DNA of 64,000 nucleotides. Origin: an uncultured delta proteobacterium (lineage in GTDB: Bacteria; Myxococcota_A; Polyangia; Haliangiales; Haliangiaceae). Both the position numbers and the translations under genes were made by a program. The notes below the pieces were generated by a model that was given only the letters and a program-made list of their open reading frames with translations, was not told the origin of the DNA and ran no database searches. Below are positions 51,229 through 61,454 of the stretch, piece by piece. How positions within the stretch are numbered: position 1 is the stretch's first letter; each line of letters opens with the position of its first letter. Location: positions 2,880,001 through 2,944,000 of the forward strand of contig CAWKDB010000010.1 in assembly GCA_963848295.1 (NCBI GenBank). Direction: 5' to 3'.

Positions 51229-53751
51229 TTAGCGCGGATCATTGAGAAGCCGCCGAGCCATAGGCGCTTCCTTACCATTGGGATCGAGCTCGAGGTAGCG
51301 CTCGAACGCGGCGCGCGCTTCGTCGCGCCGCTGCGCCGACCACAACAACATGCCCTTCTGTGCGAGCGCTGGCGGGTAGTCATGCACCTGGACGAGCGCC
51401 TCGTCGATGGCGGCGAGGGCCTCGTCGGTCCGGCCGAGATGGTTGAGCGCGTCGGCGCGGATCAGGTACGTGCGCGCAGCTCTACGCAACTTCAACGATG
51501 AATCGACGAGCTGCAACGCTTTGGTGAAATCCCCTGCGGTCACCGCGTCGTGCGCTTGGTCCATGAGATCGCGCGCCTGCTTTGCGCGATCCGATGGAGG
51601 TTCCTCATTGTCCGTCACCGCCGCATCGCGCGGCGCGCCTACGACTCGCGGCGCGGCATCCACCGCGACTGCTGCCGCGGCATCGCGCGGTGCGAGCGCG
51701 TCGCGGTGCGCCGATGCGGCATCGCGCGGGATCAGCGCGGCGTCAGCCGGAGCTACCGTGCGAGCAGCATCGGCGTGCAGTCCCGCATCGATCGCAGGGC
51801 GCCGCGGTGGCAATGGCGACATCGCGTCGACAGCGAGAGCCGTCGCGCCGTCACCGGCGTCGGTGCCCATCGGTGCGAGCACCGGCTCGTGCGGTCGATT
51901 CGGGCGAGCCCATCGCAACACGATCGCGGCGCCCGCGAGCAGCGCCGCGAGCACGAGCAGGACGCTCGCTCCCGTGCCGGGCGCCCAGCTCGGCCGCACG
52001 CGCGTCGCGCCACCAGCCTGCGAGACTCGCCGCGGCGGCAGCGGGGTAGCCATCGGCACCGAGGACGGCTCGAGCGCGCTCGCCGCACCGGCCGGCGCAG
52101 CTGCGACGATCGGGACTTCGCGCGTGTTCTTGCGCGGCATGATCGTCACGAGCTCGCGCGCCGTTGACGCTCGTGACTGCGCGAACGGCGTCGGGATCAA
52201 CTCGCCGGAGGCCTCGGCCCGATCGCGGCCGAGCGATCCGATCATGCGAAGCCCCGAATCCTCGCGTCGGTCGGTTCGGCGCGAGCGTGACGGGTCGGTG
52301 GGCGGGTCGTGGTCGAAGCCAGACTCGCCATTCGCATGCTCGTCGTGCGGGAGCTCGGGCTCTTCCGCGAACGGCTGCGACGGAACGCCGGACGAGTCGT
52401 CATCGACGTCGGCCTCGGGCGCGGCGGCCGTCATGACTTGCGCGCGATGGGGCGGCTCAGGGTCGAACAGCCCGGGCTCGATCGCCTGCGCGGCCGCGAC
52501 CGCCTCGTCGATCAATCGCAAGCTCGATGGCCGGTAGCCACCCATCAACGGGCCCGGCTCGGGCTCGATATATGGCTCGGCGTCGATCTCATCGGGCTCC
52601 GGTTCCGGCGCGGGCGCTTGGAGCGGCGGCGGCTCGAGTGGCGCGTGCGGCTGGCCAGAATCGCGGCGCGCGCGATATTCGAGCTGCTCGTGCGCGGTCG
52701 GGCCCGAAGCGACCTCCTCCATCGGTGTTCGGGGAGCCGGAGAATCCTCGAGCATCACGAGCGGCATGGGCTTGCCGGTGATCCGCTTCGGCGGCTGATC
52801 GGGATCGAGATCGACCAGCAACCCTTCGAAGTACAACTTCGAGATCGCTTGCAGGCATTCGAGATCGCCGAAGTCGGAGGCGTCGATGACCTCGAGTAGC
52901 GTGTGTTTGCCGTCGAGCAGCCGCAAGATCCGGTTGTTATCGTCGGGAACTTCGCCGAGCCGCGTCGACAGCTCGTCGAGATCAACTTCGAAACGATGGC
53001 CGAGTGGAGGCAACTGTTCGAGCAGGCGCGACCATTCGTCGAGTCGCCGCATGCCTTCCATCAGGAGGCCTTGCGAGCTCGTCATGATCGCCTCGCGCCG
53101 GCGTACGGTTCGGAACATCACCTCGAACTCGCCGTCGCCCCACGTGAGCAGGCGGTACACAGCGTCCTCGGCTTGCAGGGGGCCGGCTTCGGCGTCGATC
53201 ACTTTACCGTCGCGGAAGTAGATCGCCGCTTGTCGGCCACGCTCGCCGACGAACTGGATCACGCCGGACTTTCGACTGACTTCGATCGTCTGGATCACGT
53301 CGACGACCGGCATGTCCGCGACGCGACCGGCGAACCGCATCCCATCGCGCCGCTCCTCGAACTTCGCTCGCTGCCTTTTCTGGAGCAGGATGTTGATCCG
53401 CGTGACGATCTCTTTGATGTAGATCGGCTTGGTCAGGTAGTCGTCGACGCCGAGCTCGAGCCCGCGAATCTTGTGCTCGATCGCGGTCTCGGCGGTGAGG
53501 AACACGAATGGGATCTCCGCCCAGTCAGTGCTCTGCCGAACTCGGCGACGTAGCTCGAACCCGTCGAGCTCGGGCGCCGGGAACGTCGTCTCCGAAATGA
53601 TCAGGTCGGGGGTGTGGAGCTCGAGCGTCTCGAGCGCCTCTTTGACCGAGGGCGCAGGCGTGACGGTGAAGCCGGCTTTGCGCAGCGACACTTCGAGCAC
53701 TCGCAAGCTGCGAGTGTCCCCGTCGACAAGGAGCAGGCTTTGCTTCGTCAC
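51229..53751 (-). CDS. Receiver-like + DUF4388 + TM + TPR membrane protein
   Basis: N-terminal REC fold (LLVDGD...DLIISE...FLTA...YLTKP); DVIQTIEVSRKSG...IYFRDGKVIDA...GEF (DUF4388-like); TM; C-terminal TPR YLELDPNG. Confidence 0.85.
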   Translation of the reverse strand: MTKQSLLLVDGDTRSLRVLEVSLRKAGFTVTPAPSVKEALETLELHTPDLIISETTFPAPELDGFELRRRVRQSTDWAEIPFVFLTAETAIEHKIRGLELGVDDYLTKPIYIKEIVTRINILLQKRQRAKFEERRDGMRFAGRVADMPVVDVIQTIEVSRKSGVIQFVGERGRQAAIYFRDGKVIDAEAGPLQAEDAVYRLLTWGDGEFEVMFRTVRRREAIMTSSQGLLMEGMRRLDEWSRLLEQLPPLGHRFEVDLDELSTRLGEVPDDNNRILRLLDGKHTLLEVIDASDFGDLECLQAISKLYFEGLLVDLDPDQPPKRITGKPMPLVMLEDSPAPRTPMEEVASGPTAHEQLEYRARRDSGQPHAPLEPPPLQAPAPEPEPDEIDAEPYIEPEPGPLMGGYRPSSLRLIDEAVAAAQAIEPGLFDPEPPHRAQVMTAAAPEADVDDDSSGVPSQPFAEEPELPHDEHANGESGFDHDPPTDPSRSRRTDRREDSGLRMIGSLGRDRAEASGELIPTPFAQSRASTARELVTIMPRKNTREVPIVAAAPAGAASALEPSSVPMATPLPPRRVSQAGGATRVRPSWAPGTGASVLLVLAALLAGAAIVLRWARPNRPHEPVLAPMGTDAGDGATALAVDAMSPLPPRRPAIDAGLHADAARTVAPADAALIPRDAASAHRDALAPRDAAAAVAVDAAPRVVGAPRDAAVTDNEEPPSDRAKQARDLMDQAHDAVTAGDFTKALQLVDSSLKLRRAARTYLIRADALNHLGRTDEALAAIDEALVQVHDYPPALAQKGMLLWSAQRRDEARAAFERYLELDPNGKEAPMARRLLNDPR

Positions 53752-53827
53752 GATCCCCGGGCGGGCAAATCGTATCGCGCTAACCAAACCGTCGCCAGCA
53801 ACGCGGCCGCCGGCGTACGCTAGATCG

Positions 53828-54970
53828 GTGAGGCTCGAGCTTCCGTACGGCCGAGCGCCCTACCCGGTCGACCTCGTGGCACCGGACCTCGAGATCGTGG
53901 GTGCGGCGCCACTGCCACCGGCCTCCGAGTCGATCGATCATGCAATCGCCCGTGCACTCGAGGCCCCGATCGGCTGCGGCTCGTTGCGTTCGCTGGTAGC
54001 ACGCCGCGGACGCGTGACGGTGATCGTGAGCGACACGACTCGCGACGAGCCGCGAGCTGCGATGCTGTCCGCGATCCGCGGCGAGTTACCCGACGCGCAG
54101 CTCACGATTGCGGTCGCCACCGGAACCCATGGGCCAGCCGCGATCGGGCCGCTCGGGATCGATGCGTTTCTCGCAGGGGCGCGCGTCGTCAACCACGACG
54201 GCCACCGCGACGAGGATCTGGTCCTGCTCGGGACCACGGAGCGCGGCACCCCCGTGCGACTTCATCGTTGCGTCATCGAGACCGACCTGGTCATCGCCAC
54301 CGGCTGCATCCGACCGCATTACTTCGCCGGATTCGCCGCGGGCGGCAAAGCGATCTTCCCGGGTCTCGGCGCCGCGAGCGATATCCGACGCAACCATCAG
54401 CTGAAGATCCAGCCGGGCGCACGAGCTGGGGACATCGATGCGAATCCGTGTCGAGCAGATCTCGACGAGGCAGTGAGCTTCGTCGAAACGCCCACGTTCT
54501 TGCTCGACGTTGTTGCAGCTCCGGATGGGCCTCGAGCGGCAGTCGCCGGGGAGCTCGGGGCCGCGTTTCGTGCAGGCGTCGAGCTCTGTCGGCCTTGGTT
54601 CACGGTGCGAGCACGTCGAGCGCCGCTGGTCATCGCCTCCGATGCGCTGCCGGTGGCTGCGACCCTCTATCAAGCCGCCAAGATTTTTGCCGCGGCGCTA
54701 CCGTTGGTCGAAGAAGGCGGCAAGCTGATCGTCGTGGCTGAGTGTTGTGACGGAATCGGACCACTTGATGTGGTGAACGAAGCGATCTTTCGGATCGGCG
54801 TCTTGCCGCGCGTCCCGGCCGGCGCAGCGATCGCGTTGGTCAGCGGTCTGGCGGCCGACGTCATCGCGCGTACCCTCGTAGAGTTTGCACCGAACGTATC
54901 TGTCGGAGGTGCCGCGAGGGTCGTGGTGGTTCCGCGTGCGAGTCAGCTGATCTGTGAACCGACGTCATGA
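53828..54970 (+). CDS. LarA (lactate racemase)-superfamily protein
   Basis: VSDTTR, ATGTH, NHDG, GTTERGTPV, PHYFAGFAAGGKAIFPG, NH, TLYQAAK. Confidence 0.82.
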   Translation: MRLELPYGRAPYPVDLVAPDLEIVGAAPLPPASESIDHAIARALEAPIGCGSLRSLVARRGRVTVIVSDTTRDEPRAAMLSAIRGELPDAQLTIAVATGTHGPAAIGPLGIDAFLAGARVVNHDGHRDEDLVLLGTTERGTPVRLHRCVIETDLVIATGCIRPHYFAGFAAGGKAIFPGLGAASDIRRNHQLKIQPGARAGDIDANPCRADLDEAVSFVETPTFLLDVVAAPDGPRAAVAGELGAAFRAGVELCRPWFTVRARRAPLVIASDALPVAATLYQAAKIFAAALPLVEEGGKLIVVAECCDGIGPLDVVNEAIFRIGVLPRVPAGAAIALVSGLAADVIARTLVEFAPNVSVGGAARVVVVPRASQLICEPTS

Positions 54971-55530
54971 TCGAGTCGGCCCTCACCCGCCTCGGTATTG
55001 ACCGTGAATATGTAAGTAAAATCAGTGATTTCATCGATACACTCGAGCGATGGAATCGCAGTATCAACCTGACCGCTGCGAAGTCTCGCGCTGACATCAT
55101 CGATCACGTTGTGGACTGCCTGAGCGTCGTCCCGCATCTCGCCAGCCGAATGCGCGTTCTCGATGTCGGTTCCGGTGGTGGATTGCCAGCCGTGATCGCG
55201 GCGATCTGTTTGCCCGGGTCGACCATCACCGCTCTCGAACCCACTCACAAGAAGCACGCTTTCCTTCGCGCGTGTGCGCGTGAGCTGAACCTGCCGAATC
55301 TGATACCGCTGGCCGAACGCCTGGCCGATCACCGCGTCGCCGACTACGACGCCGCGACTTCGCGCGCGACGTTTGATCTGGCCGACTGGCTCGCGCTCGG
55401 CAGAAGCCGCGTGCGTGCCGGCGGCATCGTGATCGGGTTCGAGGCGACACCGCGTTCGGATCTCCCGACTGGCACGACTCGTCATCCGTATGCCCACGGC
55501 GATCGCACGCGCGCGCTCGTGATCCTGTAG
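54967..55530 (+). CDS. rsmG: 16S rRNA m7G527 methyltransferase
   Basis: WNRSINLTA, HVVDCL, LDVGSGGGLP, KKHAFL, TSRA. Confidence 0.9.
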   Translation: MIESALTRLGIDREYVSKISDFIDTLERWNRSINLTAAKSRADIIDHVVDCLSVVPHLASRMRVLDVGSGGGLPAVIAAICLPGSTITALEPTHKKHAFLRACARELNLPNLIPLAERLADHRVADYDAATSRATFDLADWLALGRSRVRAGGIVIGFEATPRSDLPTGTTRHPYAHGDRTRALVIL

Positions 55531-55584
55531 GCGCCAGTCCTCATGGTTATCTCGAGCGCGCACGCGCGTTACCGGGCAGCTCCG

Positions 55585-55600
55585 CGTTCCACGTGGAACA
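55585..55600. promoter_or_regulatory. parS centromere site
   Basis: CGTTCCACGTGGAACA fits the universal parS palindrome; origin-proximal gene context. Confidence 0.85.
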
Positions 55601-55753
55601 CATCGAGCACCGCGCATGCTCTGCGCTCGACCCGCCGAGCGGACAACCAATCGCATCGAACGTCACACGTCCACCGTTCGATCGCAGCCCGGTCCATCGA
55701 ACCCGGAACCTCGGTCGTTCACGACACCTGGCTCCACCCATGGGCGGCGGCAG

Positions 55754-56315
55754 CGTCCATCCACGCGCTTTGCGCCAGCCGCTCCGACCCACGGGGGGCG
55801 ACGCGATCGTCCATCCACGCGCTTTGCGCCAGCCGCTCCGACGGGGGGCGACGCGATCGTCCATCCACGCGCTTTGCGCCAGCCGCTCCGACGGGGGGCG
55901 ACGCGATCGTCCATCCACGCGCTTTGCGCCAGCCGCTCCGACGGGGGGCGACGCGATCGTTCACTCACGCGCTTTGCGCCAGCCGGTCCGACCCACGGGG
56001 TCGACGCGATCGTTCACCCACGCGCTTTGCGCCAGCCGCTCCGACCCACGGGGGGGCGGCGCGATCCACCCGCGCGCTTTGCGCCAGCACGCGCCGACCC
56101 ACGGGGGTCGGCGCGATCCATCCGCGCGCTTGCGCCAGCACGCTCTGACCAACGAGGCAGCGAGATCGTCTACCTACGCGCTTCGCGCACGCACGGCTCC
56201 GACCGGGGTCGGCGGGATCCATGCGGTTCACGGCGCCTGCCCGGACCCACGGAGGGCTCGTCGGGATCCGCCCGCTTCACGACCCCGCGCGACTCACGGG
56301 GCACCACCCGCCAGA
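55754..56315 (+). repeat. Tandem array of about ten 49-55-bp units with polar degeneration
   Basis: Three identical 50-mers at 55808, 55858 and 55908; variants at 55754, 55958, 56011, 56066, 56118, 56167 and 56219. Confidence 0.93.
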
Positions 56316-56342
56316 GGGCGCAATCGGGCTCTGCACCACGGT

Positions 56343-56358
56343 CGTTTCACGTGGAACG
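56343..56358. promoter_or_regulatory. parS centromere site overlapping the bioD stop codon
   Basis: CGTTTCACGTGGAACG. Confidence 0.82.
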
Positions 56359-56997
56359 TATCGCAGCGAGCACCGTATCCAACGCCGAGGGTTCGTCGCG
56401 GTAGATAGCGACCGTTCCGGACCATGCCGCTCGGATTTGGTCGGCGTTGCTCCGCGCAAATACGTCGTCCTCGCCGGCTCGGCGAGACAGCACGAGCGCC
56501 GAGACCGTGAGCCCATCCCGCTCGATCGCCTCGACGGTGAGCAAGCTGTGATTGATCGTTCCGAGCCCTGCTCGAGCCACGACCACGACCGGAAGAGCCA
56601 AGGCACGAGCAAGTCCCGACATATCAAGAACCCGCGTGATCGGAACCCGCCAGCCACCTGCACCCTCCACCAGGCTAAGATCAGCCTGGCAGGCGCCCGA
56701 GGCGGCGAGATGCAGTACACGTTCGGGGCTGATCTCGGCCCCTTCCGCGGTGGCCGAGACGAGCGGAGCCGCGGCCAGCTCGAACGAGTACGCACCCGCC
56801 AGCTCCCCACGTTGCCAGCCACCAGCTGCTTGTGTGAGCGCCTGCTGGTCTTCTCCAAGCTCGCCGTGGCATCCGGTCTCGATCGGCTTGAACGCGAACA
56901 CGCGCTGCCCAAGCTCGCGCGCTCGCCGCGCCAATGCACTCGTGACGAACGTCTTGCCGACGCCGGTATCGGTTCCGGTAACGAAGGCGCCGATCAT
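56347..56997 (-). CDS. bioD: Dethiobiotin synthetase
   Basis: FVTGTDTGVGKT, FKPIETG, VEGAGGW, LGTINHSLLT. Confidence 0.95.
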   Translation of the reverse strand: MIGAFVTGTDTGVGKTFVTSALARRARELGQRVFAFKPIETGCHGELGEDQQALTQAAGGWQRGELAGAYSFELAAAPLVSATAEGAEISPERVLHLAASGACQADLSLVEGAGGWRVPITRVLDMSGLARALALPVVVVARAGLGTINHSLLTVEAIERDGLTVSALVLSRRAGEDDVFARSNADQIRAAWSGTVAIYRDEPSALDTVLAAIRST

Positions 56998-58257
56998 GTG
57001 GAGATCGCGGCCGCCGTCGCGCGTTCGAGCAACTGGAGCTCGTCACTCGAAATCGATAGCGGCGGCATCCAGACGACGACGTCGCCCAGGTTGCGCAAGA
57101 GCACTCCGTGCGTGCGGACCCGTTCGCAAACCTCGACGCCCCGCGACCGGCCCTCGACCGGGTCGAGCTCGATCCCGGCCATCATTCCGCATTGGCGAAC
57201 CGACGCGACGCCAGCCATGCCGCCGATTCGGCTTAACGCCGCGGTGAGCTCGGGAGCGCGCGCCGATGCGTTGGCAAGCGTGGATTCGCGGAGCACGGCG
57301 AGTGACTCGAGTCCGACCGCACATGCGAGTGGGTTCGCGGTGAAGGTGTGGCCGTGAAAAAACTGCTTGAGCTCGTCACGTCGACCGAGAAACGCGCCGT
57401 AGACCTCCTCGGTCGCAAGTGTCGCGGCGAGCGGGAGGTAGCCCCCCGCGATTCCTTTGGCGAGGCACATAAAGTCGGGCGCAACACCCTCGGCTTCGCA
57501 CGCGAACAATGGCCCCGTGCGGCCAAACCCGGTCGCGACTTCGTCGACGATGAGGTGGACGCTGTATTGCTTGCACAACGCAGCCGCCGCACTCAGAAAG
57601 CCGGGCGGATGCACGAGCATTCCAGCGGCACCTTGAACCCGAGGTTCCACGATGAACGCTGCGATTCTCGTAGGCGCGGAGCTCGAGCTCATTCTCGAGC
57701 CGGCCGAGAGCGCGCATGCCGTCGGTACCCGCGGGGGTCGGAATCGCGATGCTGCGCACGAGCAGCGGACCGAAGATGCGGTGGAACAGGTCGATGCCGC
57801 CGACCCCGACTGCACCGAGGGTGTCGCCGTGGTACGCGTCGCCGAGACGAAGGAACCGCTGCTTGCTTGGCCGCCCGACCAGCTGCCAATACTGGAACGA
57901 TTGCTTCAGCGCGATCTCGACCGCGGTCGAGCCGGAGTCCGAGTAGAACACCCTCGTCAGGCAGGCCGGCGCCACTTCGACTAGCGCCGCTGCGAGCCGA
58001 ATCCCAGGCTCGTGGGTGAGTCCGAGGAACGTCGAGTGCGCGAGCTTGTGGGCCTGGATCTCAAGTGCGCGATTGAGCCGCGGATGGTTGTGGCCGTGAA
58101 CATTGCACCACAGCGACGCGACTCCGTCGAGGTAGCGATTGCCTTCCACATCGAATAAGAAGCTGCCATCGCCGCGGTCGATGACGAGTGGATCCCATTC
58201 GGCCATCTGCGTGAATGGATGCCAGACCGCGCGCTTATCTAGCTCGCAGAGGTCCAT
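56994..58257 (-). CDS. bioA: DAPA aminotransferase; one frameshift near 57667
   Basis: [28 protein letters not shown] in one frame; [39 protein letters not shown] in another; extra A in GAG-A-ATC. Confidence 0.92.
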
Positions 58258-58259
58258 GG

Positions 58260-59417
58260 CTAGGCTCGATGACGCATCGCGTCATCCAGCAGGGAGGCGC
58301 CGGCCTCGACGTGCTCGGCACTATGTCCGGCGGTGAGGCTCAGCCGCAATCGAGACGTCCGCTCGGGCACGGTCGGTGGTCGGATCGCTGGAACGAATGC
58401 CCCTCTCGCCAACAGGCGCCCGCTGAGCTCGAGCGCACTGCGATCGTCACCAACGGGGACCGGGACGATCGCACTATCGGCGGCGCCGCCGGCGCAGGGC
58501 GCAAGCTCGCGCAACCGACGAGCAGAGCGGGCCAACGTCGCCCGGCGCTGGTCACCCTCCGAGCTGCGCGCGATTTCGATCGCCGCGACCGTGGCCGCCT
58601 GGACGAGCGCCGGGGCAGCCGTGGAGAACACTAAGGGCCGAGCGCGATTCCACAGCAGCTCCGCGACCGCCGCGCTGGTCGCGACAAACGCGCCGAACGT
58701 GCCGAGCGCCTTGCCGAACGTGCCGACCAGGACATCGGGCACGACGCCGACCGACGCCGCGATGCCCCTTCCTTCGGGCCCGCGGGCGCCCATCGCGTGG
58801 GCTTCGTCGAGGATCAACGCGGCGTCGTAGCGCCGGCACAGCTCGGATAGCGCGACGACGTCAGCGAGATCTCCATCCATCGAGAACAGCGACTCGGATA
58901 CGACGACCCGGCGTCGACCCCGGCGCGACTCCAGGGCGCGCTCGAGCGCAGCGAGGTCGCGGTGCGGGAACACTTCGACCGCCGCGCGCGACAACCTGCA
59001 GCCGTCGACGATGCTCGCGTGGTTGAGCTCGTCGGAGAACACGACGTCACCCGCACCGAGCAGCGCGGTGAGCACGCCGAGGTTCGCCGCGTAACCGGTC
59101 GCGAAGACGCGTACGCCGCCGACGCGCAGCCAATCCACGACCGCGCGCTCGAGAGCAACGTGTGCTCGCTGGTTGCCGACCAGCAGTCGAGAGGCTCCCG
59201 CCCCAACGCCGACGCGGTCGAGATGGTCCGCCGCGGCGCGCGCGAGGCGAAGATCACCGGCGAGGCCTAGGTAGTCGTTAGAGCCAAAGTTGACGACGCT
59301 CTGTCCGTCGAGCTCGATCAATGCGCCTTGCCGGCCATCGACCACGCGCGCTGTGCGCAGTCGATTCGCAACTCCCAACCGCGCGAGCTCGGCGCGGGCG
59401 TCATCATCGAGGGACAT
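58260..59417 (-). CDS. bioF: 8-amino-7-oxononanoate synthase
   Basis: [52 protein letters not shown]. Confidence 0.95.
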   Translation of the reverse strand: MSLDDDARAELARLGVANRLRTARVVDGRQGALIELDGQSVVNFGSNDYLGLAGDLRLARAAADHLDRVGVGAGASRLLVGNQRAHVALERAVVDWLRVGGVRVFATGYAANLGVLTALLGAGDVVFSDELNHASIVDGCRLSRAAVEVFPHRDLAALERALESRRGRRRVVVSESLFSMDGDLADVVALSELCRRYDAALILDEAHAMGARGPEGRGIAASVGVVPDVLVGTFGKALGTFGAFVATSAAVAELLWNRARPLVFSTAAPALVQAATVAAIEIARSSEGDQRRATLARSARRLRELAPCAGGAADSAIVPVPVGDDRSALELSGRLLARGAFVPAIRPPTVPERTSRLRLSLTAGHSAEHVEAGASLLDDAMRHRA

Positions 59418-59531
59418 CGGCGCGGACTATAGACGCTCGAGCTTGCCGATCAATCGGGATGAGACTCAGCCCGCCACGCCGACGCTATTGACCATGGAGA
59501 CAGCGCCGGCAGCTCCACGCCACGCGCGACC

Positions 59532-59629
59532 CAAGTTGACAATAGAGACAGCGTCCCCAGCGAACCCGCGCGATTACCGTGATTTGCGGCGCGCTACACG
59601 CAGCCCAAGTTGACAATAGAGACAGCGTC
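59532..59629 (-). repeat. Dispersed repeat doublet, subtype II (degenerate copy at ~59487)
   Basis: CAAGTTGACAATAGAGACAGCGTC at 59532 and 59606; 74-bp period. Confidence 0.93.
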
Positions 59630-59630
59630 A

Positions 59631-60936
59631 CTACTTGCCGATGCAGAAGCGGGCGAAGACTTCATCGAGGACTCGGTCGCCGACCTCGATGCCTCGGAGC
59701 TGGGCTAGCGCGGCGACGGCGGCACGGAGCTCGAGCGCGAGGATCTCGGGCGGCGCGCGCACGGAGGCCGCGGCGAAGGCGTCTCGTGCGGCGAGGGCGG
59801 CGGCGTGCTGGCGCTCGGTCGTGACGAACACGTCTTCGTTGCCTTCGCGATCGCCGATGCCGGCGACGTCGAGCACGCGCGCGATCAGCTCGTCGAGGCC
59901 AAAACGGGTCACCGCCGAGGTGGCGAGAGCACCGGCGGTCGCGCCTCCGAGGTCGGCCTTGTTGCGCACGACGATCGCGCGGCGACCGAACCTCGAACCG
60001 TCATCCCACGACGACGCGCCATCGTTGACGACGACGACGACATCGGCCGTCGCGACCCGTGCTCGCCGAGCGCGATGCCACGCGCTTCGACGGGGTCGTG
60101 AGTGTCGCGCGAGCCGGCCGTGTCGATCACCGTGACGGCGATGCCGTGCCAAGCTGTCTGGACTTCGACGTAGTCACGCGTCGTACCGGGCTCGGCGGCG
60201 ACGAGCGCTCGCTCGCTGCCGATCAGCGCGTTGAGCAGCGACGACTTGCCGACGTTGACCGGCCCGACGAGCGCGACCGCGAGGCCTTGCCCGATCGCAC
60301 GCGACCGACGAAAGCCGTCTGCGAGCGCCGCGCAGCGGTCGCGCAATGCGGCGATCTCGGTTGCGATCCAACTGCTCGCTCGGTGGTTGGAGATCGTCCT
60401 CCGGAAAATCGATGCGGCCCTCGACCTCGGCGAGCACCACGAGCGCTCGCCGCTCGAGCTCGATGACCGCGTCGCCGAGGCGGCCTTCGAGGTTGCGCTT
60501 GCGCGAGTCGCCAGGCCCGCTCGCTGCCGGCGGCGATCACGCCGAGCAGGGCTTCGGCGCGGACCAGGTCGAGCTTGCCGCCGAGCACCGCGCGACGCGT
60601 GAACTCACCGGGCTCGGCGAGCCGAGCTCCGCGCTCGACCACCGCCGCGAGCAGTCGCCCGAGGTTGTGCGAGCCGCCGTGGCCGTGGAGCTCGGCGACG
60701 TCCTCGCCGGTGAACGACGCCGGCGCCCGCATCGCGAACGCGAGCACCTGATCGATGCGCTCGCCCGCGGCATCTTTCGCCCAACCTAGGCGAACGCTGC
60801 GATCGAGCGACGCCTCGGCAACCCCGAGCGCGTCGGCCGCGATCGCGATCGCACGCGGACCGCTGAGCCGGACGATGCCGACTCCACCCGCGCCCGCCGC
60901 GGTCGCGATCGCCGCGATCGTGTCCGTCTCGCTCAC
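59631..60936 (-). CDS. mnmE: tRNA modification GTPase MnmE; three apparent frameshifts (~60496, ~60371, ~60060)
   Basis: [60 protein letters not shown] spread across different frames. Confidence 0.9.
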
Positions 60937-61451
60937 TCGGCAGCAGGGGCCGCGGCGGCTTCGCCCGGCACCACGAGGATGTGGCGATCTTCGCCTTCTC
61001 CTTCGCTGCGGCTCGACAGGCCGGGGATCTCCGCGATCGCCATGTGAACGATCCGGCGATCGTGCGGCGACATCGGCTGGAGCTCGACGATCTGCTTGGT
61101 CTGCAGCGCCTTCTCGCCCATCCGCTGCGCGAGTGTGCGCAGCCGCTCGACCTGTTTGTCGCGAAATCCGCCGGCGTCGACGATCAACGGCTTGGTCCGC
61201 TCCGTGCTGCGGTCCTTGTACACGGCCTTGTTGACCATGTGCTGCAAGGCGTCGATCACGACGCCATGCCGGCCGATCACGACCTCGGTATCCGCGGTCT
61301 GGATCTCGAGCACGGTCTTGTCGGTCTCTTCTTTGATGTCGATGTCTGCCGAGATTCCCATGCGCTCGAGAGCTCCGAGCAGGAAATCACTCGCCTTCTC
61401 GGCGAGGTCTTCACGTTCAGCAGTAGCAGGCTGAGTCACGGCTTGTTCCAT
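60933..61451 (-). CDS. jag: Jag/EloR (KhpB) RNA-binding protein
   Basis: KH-like [13 protein letters not shown]3H motif [21 protein letters not shown]. Confidence 0.9.
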   Translation of the reverse strand: MEQAVTQPATAEREDLAEKASDFLLGALERMGISADIDIKEETDKTVLEIQTADTEVVIGRHGVVIDALQHMVNKAVYKDRSTERTKPLIVDAGGFRDKQVERLRTLAQRMGEKALQTKQIVELQPMSPHDRRIVHMAIAEIPGLSSRSEGEGEDRHILVVPGEAAAAPAAE

Positions 61452-61454
61452 AAA

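Noticed and set aside
55754..56315. CRISPR array
   Set aside because: Whole units repeat with no unique spacers, and no cas genes are in the window.
55543..56408. ORFs in several frames across the tandem array
   Set aside because: Open frames arise from a GC-rich, stop-poor 50-bp unit cycling through frames; they are not protein-like.
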